NCBI GenBank assembly: GCA_004431415.1
Contig: QPMI01000133.1
Span: forward strand, 248,001-312,000
DNA: 64,000 nt
Direction: 5' to 3'
From: Cyanophora paradoxa CCMP329
Taxonomy: Eukaryota > Plantae > Glaucophyta
Shown: positions 21,623 through 34,200 of the stretch, piece after piece
Layout of the letters: the number at the start of each line of letters is the position of its first letter
How positions within the stretch are numbered: the first letter of the stretch is position 1
Made by a program: the position numbers and the translations under genes
The notes under the pieces: model-generated
Databases searched by the model: none
Told to the model about the DNA's origin: nothing
The model's input: only the letters and a program-made list of their open reading frames with translations

Positions 21623-22148
21623 CCTGTTGTTCGCCGTCGTTTGCAGTTCGACTGCCCGTCTCGACCCCGGTCGACTTTAGTGATTCCTTTGACTGTCCTT
21701 TTGCCTGCTCTTGATCCGCCTGCTCCGCCTCCTGTGTCCTCCTCGACCTTGTGCCGTAGCTCTGCCCTTTCGCGTCGTCCTGCTTCGCCTCCGCCTCCGC
21801 GTCGTCTTGTTGTTCCTCTTACTTGTCTGCTTCCTGTTATTTATCTTTCTCAAATTTGTCCTCCGCTTCTTAGTGATGTAATTCCTTCCGATATTGATGG
21901 TATCTCTAGCTCTGGCTCTTCTTCGTGTCAGTCATCCTCTGTCCCTAGATCTGCTCGATTTCTCGTCTCTTCTCGATCTGTCTCGAGCTCTGTGTCTTTT
22001 CTTTTTTATTGTCGATTTTGGCTCTTTGTCTTATCTTTCTTCGTGCTCTTGTCTTAGTTATTTTGCTTTTTTGTCTTTAGGCCCCCTGGGCAGCCCCCGC
22101 AGTGCTGGTGTCTAGAGACTGTGGCCGGTAATTCACCAAAAAAAAAAA
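21623..22148 (+). mobile_element. 5'-truncated non-LTR retroposon (LINE/SINE 3' end), family A
   Basis: 14-bp TSD TACTAATTAATTTT at 21609-21622 and 22149-22162; A11 tail at 22138-22148; pyrimidine-rich body. The terminal 25 nt recur inverted at 60208-60232. Confidence 0.88.
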
Positions 22149-22287
22149 TACTAATTAATTTTAAACTGTGCTTGTATCCGTAGAAATACATAAACTGTAA
22201 AGAAATTCTGAGGTCCTGCGTTGACTGGTACGTATACGTACTAATAGGGATCCTACATCAATATTTCCTCATGGAGCTACAGCAATG

Positions 22288-25200
22288 TCACAGGTAAACG
22301 TCGGTGGCCATGGGGAGCCCTGCTGGCGATGCCCCCGGGTGGACGGGGCCTGTCCGCAGCTGATGGACGGTCGGCTGCAGCTGGCCGGAGCGAGCGAGCG
22401 GCTCCGCGTTCCAGCGCGCGCGCCGATCGCGATCCGCGGCTCGTGTACGACTCTGGTTCCTGGCGACGTACCCCATAACGAAGATGACGAGGGCGACGCC
22501 CCCGACGACGCCGACGCTGATGCCGGCGATCTGCCCCCCGTCAAGGCCGCTCGAGCCTCCCGCGGGCCTCTCCTGCCCGCCGCTCTGACTCGGGCTGGCC
22601 GCCCCCGACGCTGTTGCAATCGGCTCGCGATCGCCGTTGATGCTGCTGACGGCGTTGCGCGTGCACTGAGCCTTGGCGCTGGCGGTGCCGCTTGGAATCG
22701 CAAGGGAGTACGTCGCGCCGCAGAACGTGCCTGCAATCGCAAGTCATGATCAGCGAGTATTGATATTAGTATCGTGTGCGCGAAGAGAGAGGCTCACTGT
22801 TGCGAGAGAAGCCGAGCCCCGTTCCGAGGACCGAGGAGGGGCCCGAGTACGAAGCTGCAATGTCGACGGACGGCGTCGCGGCGAGCTGCAGGGCGTGGCG
22901 GCGCGTGCCGTTAACGCTGCCGACGGCCTCGGCGAAAGACGAGCGGCCGGCGAGCTGGACGCCAGCAACGCCGACGGACGGGTCGAGCCGGCGGAGGAAG
23001 TTGTAGACGAGGAGGAGCCAGTAGTCGTCCCGCGTGGCCGCGTCCAGCGAGTCGTAGTTCGCCGAGAGCCACGCCGCGAAGGATCCAGCGTTGTTGTCGA
23101 CACGGATCGTGAAGTTGAGGCGAGACGCGTTTGCGGGGACGGGCGCCGCCGAGCGGGACAGCTCCGCCTTGACCGCGGCGACGTACGGGGCCAGGCCGGC
23201 GAAGTTGCCTCCGACGGTGCGGACGGTGCCGCCTGACAACGCCGCGCCGTCGGAGAGCGGGAGCGTCAAGCCGCCGCTCAGGGACGCGTAGACAAGGGCC
23301 TGTATGATGGGCTCGGGTCCCTTCGCCGTGGGCGCGACGGTGAACGACCCGCCGCCGTCGGATGCGGGGCCAGCCAGCAGCGCTCCGAACAAGTTGACGT
23401 TGAGAACGATCGAACCCGTCGCAGAGCCGACGTACGCCATCTGCAGCGTCGATCAGCTCGATCGACACACTCGACCGGCGACCGCATCTGGGAACGACGA
23501 ACCTGAATCTCGATCGTCTTGGCCAAGTCCGTCGCGAAGGACGTGTTGCCGACTGCGCTCCGCAGCGCGCCAAGGACGGCGCGGACGAGGCGCAGGTTGC
23601 CGTACGCGGAGGCGGAGACGGGGTACAACGCCTGGAAGGCGGCCAGCGTGACGGCCTGCTGCGGGAACACGATGGAGACGGCGACGGGTTTGCCGGAGAC
23701 ATCGCGGAAGCCGCCAATGCCGGGCACGCCGGGCTGTCGCAGAATCGCCTAGTCAGCTTCAATGTTTTCGACGAGAAACATTTTCTATTCTTAAATCTGG
23801 TTCGGGCTAGGTTATAATTACAAACGCACCCAGGTGATGCGCTGGCCGTTCAGGGTCTGAGGAATGCCTCCAACGAGATACGGATCGACGGAGGACATGT
23901 CGAGCCCGTTCATCAGCGAGTCGGCATAGACGAAGTCGCGGAGCGCAGCGGCGGAGGGCGGGTTCTTGCCCGAAGCTGGATTCGCGACGCCAAAGAATCT
24001 GCGAAAATGGCGCCAATCAAAACCGGCGCGGCGTTTCGCGATAAATGTGTTTCGCGGCTCACGAGAACGTGATCTGGACGCCCTCCAACGCGCCGGTGGC
24101 CGAAGGCGAGAGCGCGCCCGCCTCGACGTCGAGCTGAAGGGCCTGATCGAAGGCAGCGATCTGAGCGGCCGCCGGGCCGATCGCGGCCGCCCGGGCGCGG
24201 ATGCGGGCGGCGAGCGCCGCAACGAGGCCGGCGGGGTCCGAGCGCGGGCTGGCGGTGAAGACGGCGGCGGCGGAGGCGTTGCCGGAGGCGGGGTACAGCG
24301 GGAACGCGACACCCAGGGAGCTGCGGGAGGTGACGTTGCGGGACTCCGGCCGAGAGCGGATCACGTGGGCGAAGTCATGGAAGACGGCGGCGGCCTCAGC
24401 CGCAGGAACGAGCGCCGTGGCGGCCGAGGTGTAGCGCCCGTCGACGCCGCGGACGGCCGCGCTGCCCGCAGCCGTCTCCGCCCAGGTGCCGGCGGACGCG
24501 TTGAAGCGCGCGAGAGAAACTGCGCAAAGGTTTCATTCAGCACTCTTCGCGCGGGGATCGGAGTCAGAAGCATTTATATGCATGCGCGCTCACTTCGCTC
24601 GGAGAGGAAGTCGAACGTTGCCGACGAAGGCACGAGCCCGGCGAACGAAACGGCGTCGGAGAGGTTGGCGGCGGGCAGGCTGTCGCAGCGGGCGCCGCAG
24701 CCGGCCCTGTAGGCCGCTAGCTGAACGACGTCCGAAGCGAACCGCTCGCTGCTGCCGTAGAGCGCCGCGGGCAGGCGGAGCGCGACGACATCGAGGGCCA
24801 GGTCGCTGGTGGCGTCGCCGAGGACGGAGTGCGCGAAGCTGGAGGGCAGGCCGACGCGTGGGTCGAAGCCGCTGAAGGCGATCTTCTGCGGAGGGTAGTT
24901 GATGGTCCTCGAGACGCAGAGCTGGATCGGGAGCAGCTCGGCGTCCTTGCGGGACGCGGATGGTGACGCGTACGCCGCCACGGGCGAGGTCCAGTTGCCG
25001 CCCGTCGACGCGCAGGTCCCGCACTCGAGGCTGCGGCGGCCGAGCTGCGACAGGAGCTGCCGCAGCTCGAGCGAGGCGGATGCGGTGCGGTCGATGCCGG
25101 CATCGTTGCTGAAGACGTTGAGGGTCCCCTCGACGAGGTTCTGGACGACGGCGTCCGTGTCGGGCGTGTACGAGTTGCAGTCGCGGACGTAGCGACTCGT

Positions 25201-28200
25201 CAGGTTCGCCGCGAGGCTGAGGGCGTCTTTCACGATGGAGGCGCTGTAGTCGGCGACGAAGGCGGCGCCGAGGACGACGGCGTACTGCGACGCGGCCGCG
25301 CTGACGGTCGCCTTGCTGTAGTCGGCGCCCTCGACGGCCTTCATCGAGCTCCGGAGCGCGTCGACCTGGATCTGGAGCAGGGCGGGGTCCGCGGCCGCGA
25401 GGCGGCGGCGGGGCGCGACGCTCTTGAAGGTCTCCAGCGCCTTCCGCCGCCGCGCGTTGACCGCTGCCGACTGCTGCGCCGACGACGTCGCAGTGATAAC
25501 GCTGCCGAAGGCGCAGACGTAGTCCTGTGCGCGCATGCACTTGCTCGTCGCCTCCTCCGTGTTCCGCGTGATGACGGCCGCCGCGTCCGCCGCCGACATG
25601 CCAGCGGTCGGGTCCTCCACGGCCACGGCCGCGAGGTCGTCGTAGGCGGTGAACGCGCCGGTGCTGTCGCGAATGTAGCCGCGGAACTTCATCATGCCTG
25701 ATCATGAGAGCGGAGCTCAGAAAATGCGAGAGCGAATCGGGCGGCGAAACGCTGAGAATTTCATGTAGGCTCACTTTTGACGGGGTAGGCCTTGATCTTC
25801 GGGAGGGTGCTGTCCATCGTGTAGGCCCGCAGCGTCGTCCTCTCGTTGTTCGCGGTCTCCTCCACCTCGAACGCGTACTGCAGCGGCGGGCTGCTCGTCA
25901 CCCAGTCGCTGCAGGAGAGGCGGTACTCCTTGGTCAGCGCGACGACCTTCTTGCTCGTGAGGAGGACGTCCTGCAGGCTGCCGTCCTGAAGCGCCTCGAG
26001 AAGCTTGCAGCTGCCCGACGCGGGGGGCTGCGGCGCCTCACCGTTACTTCTTCGCCGCGCCGACGGCCGCGAGCAATTCCGATTCGATAATTTCAGCCGC
26101 GCGCGCACCTTGTTTACGTCGAGCGTGATCTCCACGGATGCAAAGCGGGTCTTGCCGTCCTTCTCCATGGTGACGGCCAGCGCGAACGTGTAGCTCTGGC
26201 CAGGCCGCAGCACGTTCTTCTTCAGAACGAGCGAGGAGGCGGTGTCGGTTTCCGTGACTTCCTTGCTCGCGAGGTCGAGCGTGGCCGCGCTCTGGACGGT
26301 CCAGAGGTAGCGCAGCTTGTAGGCAGACTCGCCGTTGCTCTTGAAGTCGTCCGCATCGACGTCCTTGGGCGCCTCGACCGCGCCCGTGAGCTTGAGCTCC
26401 CGGAACGAGTTGACAACGCGCGACCCCTCGATCTGCACAGCGGCGGATCAGCGATGCTTGATATCGATTATGGAAGAAAAGCGCGAGCTGCGGTCCGCAA
26501 ACCGATATCGATACGGCGGGCGGAGAGTATTTCACGATGACGACGGACACCGAGGTGGCTGCTGCGGCGCGGTTGAGGCCGTCGTTGCGCGTCACCTGCA
26601 CGGAGAACGAGAACCTGCGATGCGGGCTAAGCAGGACCGGAGGAAGGCATCTGAAACATGATCAGGATCGGGGGCGGGCGCACGGCTTCTGGGGGGAGGC
26701 GGCGTCCGGCTGGAGGCTGCCGGAGCTGATCCGCAGCACGCAGCCGTTCTTGCCGGCGACGATCGTCACGCCAGCGCCCTCGGCCAACGCCCCGCTGGAG
26801 TCTTTAGGAAGGGAGTGCGCCGGAGATCCCGCGCCGACGGTCCACTTGCACGCAAGAGACGGGTCGAAACCGGAAATGCCGGTGGCGAGGTCGACGTTGT
26901 CGGGATCGAAGGACTTCGTGGCGTCGAGCACGACCTCCGAGTCCACGCCGATCGTGCTCGTGAGGGTGCGCACGCCGCCCGACTCTGAGAAGACGCGCGC
27001 CTCGGCGACGAGCTTGGCGGCCTTGATCGTGAGCTGCGTCGCGAACGAGTTCTTGAGGGCGGGGTCCGACTTGACGCGGCCCTCCACCCGAACCACATAG
27101 GGTGCGGCGCGCGGCTGGGGCTCGCATCAGCAAAGCGAAACAACATGGAGCGCGAGCAGAGAAGGAGCAGCAGAGGCGTCGACGCGGATGCTTGCCTGCA
27201 ATAAAGCCTTTCCGGTGGGGCCGACCGTGAAGGAGGAGGAAGTAGCGCCATTCTGCTCGACATCATCGATGAACCACCTGAACTCCATTTGCACAGCTGC
27301 GAAAGCGTTGTTTCAGGCACAGGATTTCAATGAACGTGACTATTGAATACGATGGGGGCATGCGCACTGCTGCTCGAGGAACACGCGCTGAATGCGGCCC
27401 TGGCTGACAGGGTCAGGTCGACCGTCTTTTGCGTCTCGAGCTTCGCCCCCTCCGCGATGACTACGCTCGGGATCTCCGTATCCACCTTCGACAGCTGCAG
27501 CGGAGAAATTAATCAAATGAAACATCGCAGATTATAAAAATCAGTTAAAGACCGCGATCGCTCTTACCGTGACGGTCTGCTGCGAGCTGGAGACGCCCAG
27601 AAAGTTCTTGCCGACCAGGCCGATCTGGTAGGTCCCCGTCGCCGCGGACGCTAGGAGGCGCAGCGTCGTGCTCGAGACGATGTAGCTCGAAGCGGCTGCG
27701 TGAAAAGCGATCCGTCTCAACGTAAACGCGAGCGGCCACTCACAACAAATTGAAGAAGTTCCATATGCATGCTCGCGCACCGACGTCGGACCCGCCCCTC
27801 CTTACGGTCCATTGGAGCGTGAGGGGCCGCCCGCACCCGCCGCCATCGATCTTGGCGATGTACTCGGCGATGTCGCACCGTCCAACAGACGTGTCGCCGG
27901 AGAGTTGAACGACCGGCGCCGGCGGGTTGGTCGGGGCCTGAATGATTACGGGGCTCGCGGTAGCCGGAATGGGGGCAGAGTTGCCGATCCTGCCGAAGGC
28001 GATTCACAACCTAGAGAAAGCAGGAAGATTCTGCACATAGAATTCGAACGCACGCATTCAGAATTGAAGCACCGGAGTTGGCGATGCTCGCTGCAGTTGA
28101 AGGGCCTGCAAGCGCGGCAGCGTTCTGGTCGTTCACTCCTGCGATTGTGACCTCTAAGACGGAAGGGCTGACGAATGAACAGAACGAGGCTGCTCGCAAC

Positions 28201-31200
28201 GCGTGAGAGGCGCGAGGCTGAAGGAAAGCATTCAGCTATGAAACTCGGACCAGGGCCAAAGAGCGTAGCAGCGTCCTGGAAGACTGCGCTGGCGCGGACG
28301 TTCTTTGCAGAGTCCAAGGACGCCGCAGCGCTCCCCTTGTAGCTCTGCCGCAGTGGATATCGATGCAGTGCAATCGAAACTCTTGCGAAAGCTACAAGAT
28401 TAAGCACCTGAAGCATGTCGGAGTCTTCGCTCAGCGTGAACAGGATGATATTGCCCTTCGCGCGAGAGAGTCAGCAAGTTGAACCGAAATTAGAGTTCAC
28501 TTTTAATGTTAATCGCACCGCGTCTGAGAACTTGGCGGAGACGATTTGGATGGGAGCTTTGGGAGTGCGGGACACAGGAAGGCGCGCCACTGGGGCGTCT
28601 GTCGAGGAGATGCGTGACCCCTCAATGAACGTCACCTGCTTCGTGTTGACGAAGAGATTGAGGGTTCCGGCTCCCGTGGCGTAGAGTTTGTAGGCTGCGC
28701 GCGCGCACGCGCAACAAACGCTCGGTTATAGATGCGCAGTTCGATCGCGAACGGGACCGGGCTCACATATAGTAACCACGCCGGTAGTGCCAGGCACGCG
28801 AGCGATCTGTTCGAGATCGGGAGTGCTCGGTCATTCTTCACGGCATGCCGCGCGCTCAATTCAACTTCGTTCGCACCTTCAAGTCGCGGAAGCAGCCGAT
28901 GACACCTTGATAGCGGACGTACGAACAGAGTGGCGTGGCTCCCGCCGCCGTTGTAAAATCGGCAAAGAAGGGAAGCTTTGCGTAGCCGTCCGTGAACGCA
29001 AACTGGAAACCGCTGTTCGGAGATCTGAGGACGTTTGCACGTTCAGAAAACGGGAGGAAATTCGAAAACTAAGCCTGCCATGCTTCGCGGGCAGCGCACT
29101 GGTCGAAGTCGACGACGTTGCCGCACGCGTCGATGCCTGTGACGCGGATCGAGTTGTCGGCCTCCGCGGCCATAGGGCCCGCTATGTCTTCCTTCAGAGC
29201 AGCGGAGGCCTGGACGCCCGACAGCGTATTCGGCTTGACGGAGAGCGAGAACGCCGCCCCGAACGTGTTGCCGGAGCGCAGCGCGTGGATCTGCTGGCGG
29301 CCCACGGAGCAGACCGAGAAGCCGACCTGGTAGACCCCCGCGAGGGTGAACGTCTGATAGGAGACGTTCCAATTCTTCGCCGCGCCGTCGACGCTGGGCG
29401 TTGCGACCACGGGAAGAATCTGCACGATGCTGGCCGGTGCCGCTAACGAAAGAGTCTGCAGAGCAAGTGGCGCGCGGTCAGCCAAACAACGGCGACAAGG
29501 CGCACGCGTAAAGCAGCACGTGCGAATTCGAAACGCGGTGCACGCGCACCGAAGCTGCCCAGGGAGACGCCATGGAAGTCACGGGGCAGGTGGCGCCGGT
29601 AGAGATTCCGAACCCGAGCGTCGTGGTACCCGCCCTCTCCGCGCTGTCAACGGACTGGTAGGCCGCCGGCTCCACGAGGTTCCCGAAAGCGTCGCGAACT
29701 GCCACGTAGCCTGTGATGAGCAGGCCGGCGCGCGTCTCGGACGCCGAGAGCCATTCGAGGCCGGAAGCGGCGAAATTTGCGAAGGCAGAATCCGGCGCCG
29801 TCGCGGGCTCGCCAGGGTTGACGAACACCGTGATGCTTGAGCCGATGCCCGCTGGTTGATCGTTGATGGAGACAGAGATTTCGTAGTAGCCTGCCCTGAA
29901 TGCGGTCACTGACACGGCGTACGTGCCGTCCGCGTTCATCGTGACAGTCGCAGTCGCGGCGGATGGGTGAATGTTGGGATTGAGAGCGGCCCTGAAATTA
30001 TCCCCGAGGACAAAAGCGGCGTCGCTGCGCGAGGAAAGGCGCAATCGGATTAAGCGGAGTCGCGGGATCTAAAATCGGACGCGCATGAGGCGCACGACGA
30101 CGCGGGTTGGGTCGAGGTGGGCCCACGGTACGTAGGCGTCACCTTGACGTTGCTGAATGCACTGACGCGCGCGCCCTTCGCGTCGCGCAGCTCGATGACG
30201 AGAGTGAAGGCCCTGCCCGCCGTGTATACCTTGCACACGCCGCTGGCAACGCCGGACTTGGAGACCGCAAGGTCGCCAGCAGCAAGGGTGATCGAAGTGA
30301 CAACGGAGGACGAGCCGCCCACGGCGCCGCTGACAGCGATCGTCGCACTCCCGTCGACGGAGGTCTTGCCCGTCAGCGTGTACCGGTCGACCCACGTCCC
30401 TTCAGGGCCGTAAGCGCCCGCCGTGGAAGCGACGTCGAAGCGGGCCGCGTCAGACAGCGAGATGCTGGCGGCAGCCGGCGGCGCGCTCGCTGCTCCTGCC
30501 GAGGCGCGGAACGCAGCGGCCGCAGGGCACGCCGACGTTATCGCACTCGCGGGGACGTTGCCCATGAAGTTCCCATTGCTGCGGAGAACATAAGAGGAGG
30601 ATTGCACCTAATGCTTTAATTTCGAGTGGAGCACACCCGTCCCGGTAAACGGCGAAGAACGAAATCGGGAAGCCCTTCAGCGCGCTGATCGAGGCGGGGA
30701 TGCCCTCGAAAGACGCCGTAGATTGCACCGCCGGAAGCGCGAAGAGTCGGATGGGAGAGTTCGAAATCTTTCCAGAGTTGGCGGCATCGCCGGTGGAAAG
30801 GCTCAGCTGCAGCTCATAGGTCCCTCTGCGCGGGGGGACCTGGAACTGGACCAGGAAGGTCCCTGCCGACGCGTCGCGATTCAGGCCCAGGCAAGTCGAT
30901 CAACGTGCGTGCAGCATGCGGACCGTTTTGGAAGTTGGTGATCGTGGGTGCGCTGCTGCTATCGGAGGCGGGCGGCGACCCGTAGTAGCTGAAAGAGGCG
31001 TCGACCGGGTCGGTCGCAGCGAGCGACACGAGCTGCAGAACGTGTACTCAGATCCAAAAGCCAGTGCGTCATGACCATGATCAGAGGGTAAAATTGTTAT
31101 CAAGGCACCTGTGCGGACAAAACGCCTGCACTCCTCCCAGATACGAGAGATCCTTCCGCATCGTATGCCTGGACGGAGAGAGAGGTGGCGGAGCCGACTG

Positions 31201-34200
31201 CTTGAAACTCGCACAGGGCGGGACCGCTGGCGAGAGTCCGCGACGCAATGACCGGAGCGAGGCCCTTGCGGGTGACAAACGTGCGCGATGCAGCGCCGGA
31301 CGAGCCGCCGGCGTTCATGGTCGTGATGGAGCACTGGTAGCCCGTTAGCGGCTCCAGCGGCACTTGTACCGTGATCGAGGTCGGCGAGGAGAGGCCGGAG
31401 ACCGTGACGGGCGGGACGGCCGCCAAGGACGCAGTCGCGGCGCAAGCGACCGTCGCGCTTGTGATGGCGTCTACGCTGAGGACCGTCACGACCAGCGAGA
31501 CCTTGCCGTCGGAGCTGCGCTCAACGTCCACCGCACCCTCCGCCGGAACTGAGATCCTCGGCAGAGCCGGCCCTGCGGCAGTCGTGAAGCTGCGTGTCGC
31601 TTTAAGCGAGGAGCCACCAGCGTTGGACGTGGTAACTTCACAGTTGTAGGCACCGGGTGCCAAAGTGACCTAACGAATGCAAACACGCCGGACAGACGCC
31701 AGATTAGAGAACTACGGATATATAGCGATTGCAAACGATGTGAGAAAGCGCACCAATACAGAGATGGAGGTTGGATTTCCGGAGATTCCCGAAAGCGAGC
31801 CTGAAGGGGGTGCTGCAGCACCAGTACTGGCCGTTGTACTAGTGCATGCGACGGTTACTCCGCTGATCGAGTCGGCAGCCAGCACCCCAATCATGAACGT
31901 GACTCGTCCATCCGCATCGCGCGCAACTCCAGATGCGCCGTCCGCGGCTGGAGAGACGAGAACGGGAAGGGCAGGGCCCGCTCGAGTGGCGAACCGACGC
32001 GTGACGGCATCCGACGTCCCTTGGGCGCCGATGCTCTGCGCCCGGCATTCGTACTGAGCGCCCGCATTCAGCGGAACTTCAACGCGTGTGGAGGTCGACG
32101 TTACAGCAGCTGCTACTGGGGGGAGGTCGGTAGACCCTGCTCCGGCTGGCTTGCACGTCAAGGAGACAGATGTGACTCCCAAAGCTGAAGTGGTGTCGAT
32201 GACAAAGGCGACGTTTCCAGAACCTACACGAGGAACGTCCGCAATACCGTCCGTAGCAGGAACAGATATGGCTGGAGATGCAGGGCGAAGGATGGGAGAA
32301 GATGATGGGGTCGGCGATGGAGACGGGGTGATGACAGCGGGGGCGGCGGCGGTCGTGAAGCTTGCGGCGGCGGAGGAGCCCGAGGTGCCGGCGCTGTTGG
32401 TGACGTTCGCGCTGCAGCTGTACTCCGTGCTGGCCGAGAGGCCCGCGAGGTCGAAGGTCGCCGTCGTGGCGCCCGCCGAGACGGTTGCGGAGCCCGACCA
32501 CGCGACGGCGCCGCCGCTCGTGCAGCTGGCCGCGGCGCCGGAGATCGCAGCGCCCCCGTCCGAGCCGAAGGTCACCGTCAGGGTCGCGGAGTCGTGGGTG
32601 ACGCTGCTGGCGGCGACGGTCGGGGCCGCCGGGGCGGTGGCGACGACGGGGGCGGCGGCGGTCGTGAAGCTTGCGGCGGCGGAGGAGCCCGAGGTGCCGG
32701 CGCTGTTGGTGACGTTCGCGCTGCAGCTGTACTCCGTGCTGGCCGAGAGGCCGCGAGGTCGAAGGTCGCCGTCGTGGCGCCGCCGAGACGGTTGCGGAGC
32801 CCGACCACGCGACGGCGCCGCCGCTCGTGCAGCTGGCCGCGGCGCCGGAGATCGCAGCGCCCCGTCCGAGCCGAAGGTCACCGTCAGGGTCGCGGAGTCG
32901 TGGGTGACGCTGCTGGCGGCGACGGTCGGGGCCGCCGGGGCGGTGGCGACGACGGGGCGGCGGCGGTCGTGAAGCTTGCGGCGGCGGAGGAGCCGAGGTG
33001 CCGGCGCTGTTCGTGACGTTCGCGCTGCAGCTGTACTCCGTGCTGGCCGAGAGGCCCGCGAGGTCGAAGGTCGCCGTCGTGGCGCCCGCCGAGACGGTTG
33101 CGGAGCCCGACCACGCGACGGCGCCGCCGCTCGTGCAGCTGGCCGCGGCGCCGGAGATCGCAGCGCCCCCGTCCGAGCCGAAGGTCACCGTCAGGGTCGC
33201 GGAGTCGTGGGTGACGCTGCTGGCGGCGACGGTCGGGGCCGCCGGGGCGGTGGCGACGACGGGGGCGGCGGCGGTCGTGAAGCTTGCGGCGGCGGAGGAG
33301 CCCGAGGTGCCGGCGCTGTTCGTGACGTTCGCGCTGCAGCTGTACTCCGTGCTGGCCGAGAGGCCCGCGAGGTCGAAGGTCGCCGTCGTGGCGCCCGCCG
33401 AGACGGTTGCGGAGCCCGACCACGCGACGGCGCCGCCGCTCGTGCAGCTGGCCGCGGCGCCGGAGATCGCAGCGCCCCCGTCCGAGCCGAAGGTCACCGT
33501 CAGGGTCGCGGAGTCGTGGGTGACGCTGCTGGCGGCGACGGTCGGGGCCGCCGGGGCGGTGGCGACGACGGGGGCGGCGGCGGTCGTGAAGCTTGCGGCG
33601 GCGGAGGAGCTTGAGGTGCCGGCGCTGTTCGTGACGTTCGCGCTGCAGCTGTACTCCGTGCTGGCCGAGAGGCCCGCGAGGTCGAAGGTCGCCGTCGTGG
33701 CGCCCGCCGAGACGGTTGCGGAGCCCGACCACGCGACGGCGCCGCCGCTCGTGCAGCTGGCCGCGGCGCCGGAGATCGCAGCGCCCCCGTCCGAGCCGAA
33801 GGTCACCGTCAGGGTCGCGGAGTCGTGGGTGACGCTGCTGGCGGCGACGGTCGGGGCCGCCGGGGCGGTGGATGTGGTCGTAAAGCTTGCGGCGGCGGAG
33901 GAGCCCGAGGTGCCGGCGCTGTTGGTGACGTTCGCGCTGCAGCTGTACTCCGTGCTGGCCGAGAGGCCCGCGAGGTCGAAGGTCGCCGTCGTGGCGCCCG
34001 CCGAGACGGTTGCGGAGCCCGACCACGCGACGGCGCCGCCGCTCGTGCAGCTGGCCGCGGCGCCGGAGATCGCAGCGCCCCCGTCCGAGCCGAAGGTCAC
34101 CGTCAGGGTCGCGGAGTCGTGGGTGACGCTGCTGGCGGCGACGGTCGGGGCCGCCGGGGCGGTGGCGACGACGGGGGCGGCGGCAGTCGTGAAGCTTGCG

